Assembly (NCBI RefSeq): GCF_963921235.1
Contig: NC_086128.1
Location: forward strand, 13,206,001-13,270,000
From: Mobula hypostoma
Lineage: Eukaryota
DNA: 64,000 bases
Direction of reading: 5' to 3'
How positions within the stretch are numbered: the stretch's first letter is position 1; every line of letters starts with the position of its first letter. Under the pieces are notes generated by a model. It searched no databases, was not told where the DNA came from, and was given only the letters and a program-made list of their open reading frames with translations. This document shows positions 60,191 through 64,000 of this stretch, one piece after another. The position numbers were made by a program, and so were the translations under genes.

Positions 60191-62569
60191 TATTTTAAGA
60201 TGTATCCAATATATGCAGTGAGCACACTGATGGAAAGATCCTTTCCTGGATGATTCAAAGGAACATTGGTTTCAAATCTGCTGTAACTACATTCAAGCCA
60301 GATTTTTGCAATATTTTTTTGAAAACTAGAGCTGTGTATGTTAATCCATTATATTATGACCAAAAACTGTAGATGCTGGAAACCTGAAATAAAAATTGAA
60401 ATAGCAGTAATGCTCAGCAGGCCAGGCAGCATCTGTACATAGGGAAACATTTGGTGAAAAAAAAACTTCTTGTGTTGAGATTCCTTTCCTCAAAGCTTTG
60501 AGAGCACCACTGAAAATATATTCCACTAGACAAGTCAGAGGACCACAGAGTCTAATCAATGACCTGCCACAATGTCTGTTTTACTGCCTGCTCTCTATAT
60601 TCTCTGATCTCCTTAGTGTCCAAAATTTATCATTTGCAAGCTCAATATCCTCAATATCTGAGCATCCATAGATTTCTGAGGTAGGGAGCTTAAAGGTTTA
60701 CAATCCTCTGTGTTAAGAAATTAGTCCCATCTAGTACTAAATATTTTATCCCTAATGAATTCCAGTGAGTAAAAGCCATTCTTACTGAATCTCTCCTCAT
60801 GGGGAAACAATTCCTAAATTATTAAGGTTAAGGTAGTTTCAGTTTGGTTACTAGCTTTTCAAGATCTGAGCAGAATGCATTCCTAGTTCTACCTCTATCA
60901 GATGTCAGCCCTCCCCCCCACCAATGACACTCCTTAATAAAAAAGTAGCTCACTCATAACAATGCAGGTAACTAACACAAATCACTATAACCACCCACAC
61001 AGATTTGTAGCAAGTGAGGTTTATGGATCTTCATGGTAAGCTCAATTTGGCCTTTGGGGTGATAGAGCAACTATTTGCATAGGCAAAGGGGAAATGAACC
61101 GCATGGGAGGCTGTAAATGTCCTCTGTCCTCAAGGCAGCTAGTCATTGCTGAGGCCAACTCATAATCTTGACATTGCATCCATAAATGGAAAGAATTGTC
61201 TCTACACCCCATTCAGTGTTGGATCCGGAGCTCATTTTATGTGGAAAGAATCATCTTGAAAAATCTAAACAGAAAACCTAATCCTATATCTCATCCTTTG
61301 TTAACAAACTTGATGCACTAATTCGGGAGTTGGTACCTGATCCCTGAAAACAATGACTGTTATAGGTGTCACTTAAATGGGTCTTCATTATGGCTGCCTT
61401 TCTTGAGCCAGATCAACTTTCTTAATATTAGGAGACTCACCTGGAGGAAATCACAGTAAATGCTGCTCATCACTACTTCCCCATAAACCATCCCCAATCT
61501 GGTAACAGGTTGAGGAACTTAAAAATATCCCCCAGACACTTTTAAAACAGTACCAAGTGCATGGACCAAGATAACCTAGCAAGTCAAAATCTTCATCTAG
61601 GACCCTACATCCAAATGCCCAGGTTATGACCTGAAATGGAAGCAAATGTCCATGTTAAGCAGGCTCTGATTTGGTCAGTGTAGGTGTAGGTCAACTAATG
61701 CACATCCGGCACACAAACAAATGCCTAAATGTGATTATGGGCATTCAATCCAATCCATGAAATACATTCCCCACCATATCTCAATGCTGTCTGTTGATGA
61801 TCCAATATCTGAATTTGCTGAATGAATCCTCAATTCATTAAAATGACCGAACAACATAAATGTCAAACTTTAGTCAGTGCTGATCACCCTGCAATTCTAA
61901 TGTTAAATCATTGTCGCAAATACTTCATTCCAAGATATGTTAAATAATCTTGACATATACTTTATATTGACCTCTGTTGAACAATCTCAACATAGATTTC
62001 ACATTGTTAAATCAGAGACGCAGGGTTTTCTCGGGCAGGTCCTGGTTGACAGTCTGAATTACTAATGGAGATCACTCATGCAAAAGTCCAAACTTGCTGA
62101 GTGGTTCTTCCTGCAGTTATTCCCACATTGCTCCCTTGTTGGATGCCTTGTGAAGTTCAATGGAGGAGCACCAAATTCCCAATGTTTACAAGTGGGATCT
62201 GCCCATTAACGTTGTATCAATCAGGCAATTTCAGTGACTACTCACTACCATGGAGACAAACAGATTCAAGGGGGAAAGGCAAGTTTCAGTTAATGTACAT
62301 TAGTTTGAATTTAAATATATTTCATTCTTAACTGCACTTAAAAAAGTGAAACATCAAAAGTGATCACTGGAAGTTCCAAGAAGCTTAGACTGAAAAAGCT
62401 ATTACAATTAAATTTCCTGGGGGCATACTGGAAGTACTTTGGATTGTCAATCCTCTGCCCCTAACACAAAGTTGTGCACAATGTCACATTGATTTATATT
62501 AAATAATTCCGACATCTCATGTTCAACTCTGTTAAATAAGAATGCAAAAAAGAGCAATTTATATCTAGT

Positions 62570-64000
62570 GATTGTAATTTCATTAGCTTCAAGGTAATTG
62601 TGAAGAAGGACAGTTCTGTTCCTTGGGTTGAGATTCAGAAATGGAGAAAGGCCAATTCTGAGGGCATCAGAAAGGATCAGGCAAGTGTGAATAAGGATAG
62701 CTTGTTTTCTGGCAAAAGGATGCTTGGTAAGTAGAAGCATTTCAACGTGAAAATTTGAGAGTATAGAGTTTGTATGTTCCTGCTCAATTAAGAGGCAAGG
62801 TTTAGGGAACCTTGGTTTTCGAAAGATATTGAAACCCTGGTTAAGAAGGAGGCACATAGTGGGTATCGACAGCAAAGAACAAATTAGGTGCTTGACGAGA
62901 GTAAGAAATGCAAGAGAACACCAGCAGTGCTAAAAGAAGGCATGAGGTTGGGATAGCCGACAAGGTGAAGGAGAACCCCAAGGGCTTCGACAGGTACTTT
63001 AAGAACAAAGGATAGCAATGGAAGATCAGTGGTTCATCTATGCATGGAGCCAAAACAGATGAGGGAGAACTTAAGCAACACACATAAAAGTTGCTGGTGA
63101 ACGCAGCAGGCCAGGCAGCATCTCTAGGAAGAGGTACAGTTGACATTTCGGGCCGAGACCCTTCGCCAGGACTCGACGTTTCGGGCCGAGACCCTTCGTC
63201 AGGACTGCTGCCTGGCCTGCTGCGTTCACCAGCAACTTTGATGTGTGTTGCTTGAATTTCCAGCATCTGCAGACTTCCTCGTGTTTGCAAGGGAGAACTT
63301 AAAATGGATTTTTGCCTCTGTATTTACTCAGGAGATGGACACAGAGTCTATAGAACTGAGACAAAGCAAGGTCATGGACGGGGGCTGATTGGGGATAGTC
63401 AGCATGGCTTTGTGTGCAGTAGGTCATGTCTAATTAATCTTATAGATTTTTTTGAGGAGGCTACCAAGAAAGTTGATGAAGGAAAGGCAGTGGATGTTGT
63501 CTACATGGACTTTACCAAGGCTTTTATCAAAGTCCTGCATGGGAGGCTGGTCCAGAAGGTTCACTCGCTTAGTAATCAGGATGAAATAGCAAATTGGATT
63601 CAATATTGGTTTAGCAGGATTATTCAGAGAGTGGTAGTAGATGGTTACTTCGCTAACTGGAGGCCTGTGACTAGTAGTGCAGGGATTGGTGCTGGTTCTC
63701 TTGTTGTTTGTCATCGAATGGACGACATCAAGATTGGGACCGTAATGGACAATGAGGAAGGCTATCAAAGCTTACAGCAGTATCTGGACCATCAGGAAAA
63801 GTGGCTGAAAATTTAATGCAGACAAGTGTGAGGTGTTGTATTTTGTGAGGACAAGCCAGGGTAGGACATATACAGTGAACGGTAGGCCACTGAGAAGTGT
63901 GGTAGAACATAGGGATCTGGGAATACAGGTACATAATTTCTTGAAAGTGGCATTGTAGGTCGATAGGGTTGTAAAGAAAGCTTTTGGCACATTGGCCTTC
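62570..64000 (+). mobile_element. Degenerate CR1 LINE ORF2 (same family as 27184-30118), interrupted by a PLE-derived insertion; runs off the window
   Basis: GLIGDSQHGFV..RSCLINLIDFFEEATKKVDEGKAVDVVYMDF and KRRHEV..ADKVKENPK remnants. Confidence 0.9.
63075..63289. mobile_element. Fold-back Penelope-derived insertion with tandem hammerhead motifs
   Basis: Flanked by AGGGAGAACTTAA direct repeats (63062-63074, 63290-63302); ~45-bp inverted arms enclose two hammerhead copies (63137-63207). Confidence 0.85.

Overview
Eukaryotic (vertebrate) genomic DNA, AT-rich and dense in retroelements. The repeat complement and gene sequences suggest a cartilaginous fish, possibly a ray (inference). Three protein-coding genes are supported. 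(1) Canonical ZC3H10 (+, single coding exon, 34823-36025). (2) A divergent, intact ZC3H10 paralogue (-, 11714-13360) in which the first CCCH finger module is present in four tandem 159-bp copies, giving six fingers, and the C-terminus is changed. It sits head-to-head with ZC3H10 across a CpG-rich putative bidirectional promoter (~19.7-21.0 kb). (3) MIP/aquaporin-0 (-, four exons, 263 aa), carrying AQP1/2/5-like residues (F23, T149, C181). Intergenic and intronic DNA holds CR1 LINEs (one nearly intact), Neptune-type Penelope-like elements, Rex1-like 3' ends, V-SINEs and a full-length Frog Prince-like Tc1 transposon. About ten Penelope-derived ends carry minimal hammerhead-ribozyme motifs, one as a tandem pair inside an inverted repeat. 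MIP intron 1 also contains an unexplained ~61-bp-period array of TTTGCGCACAGC-like motifs resembling metal-response elements. No prokaryotic system, CRISPR array, rRNA or tRNA gene is supported.
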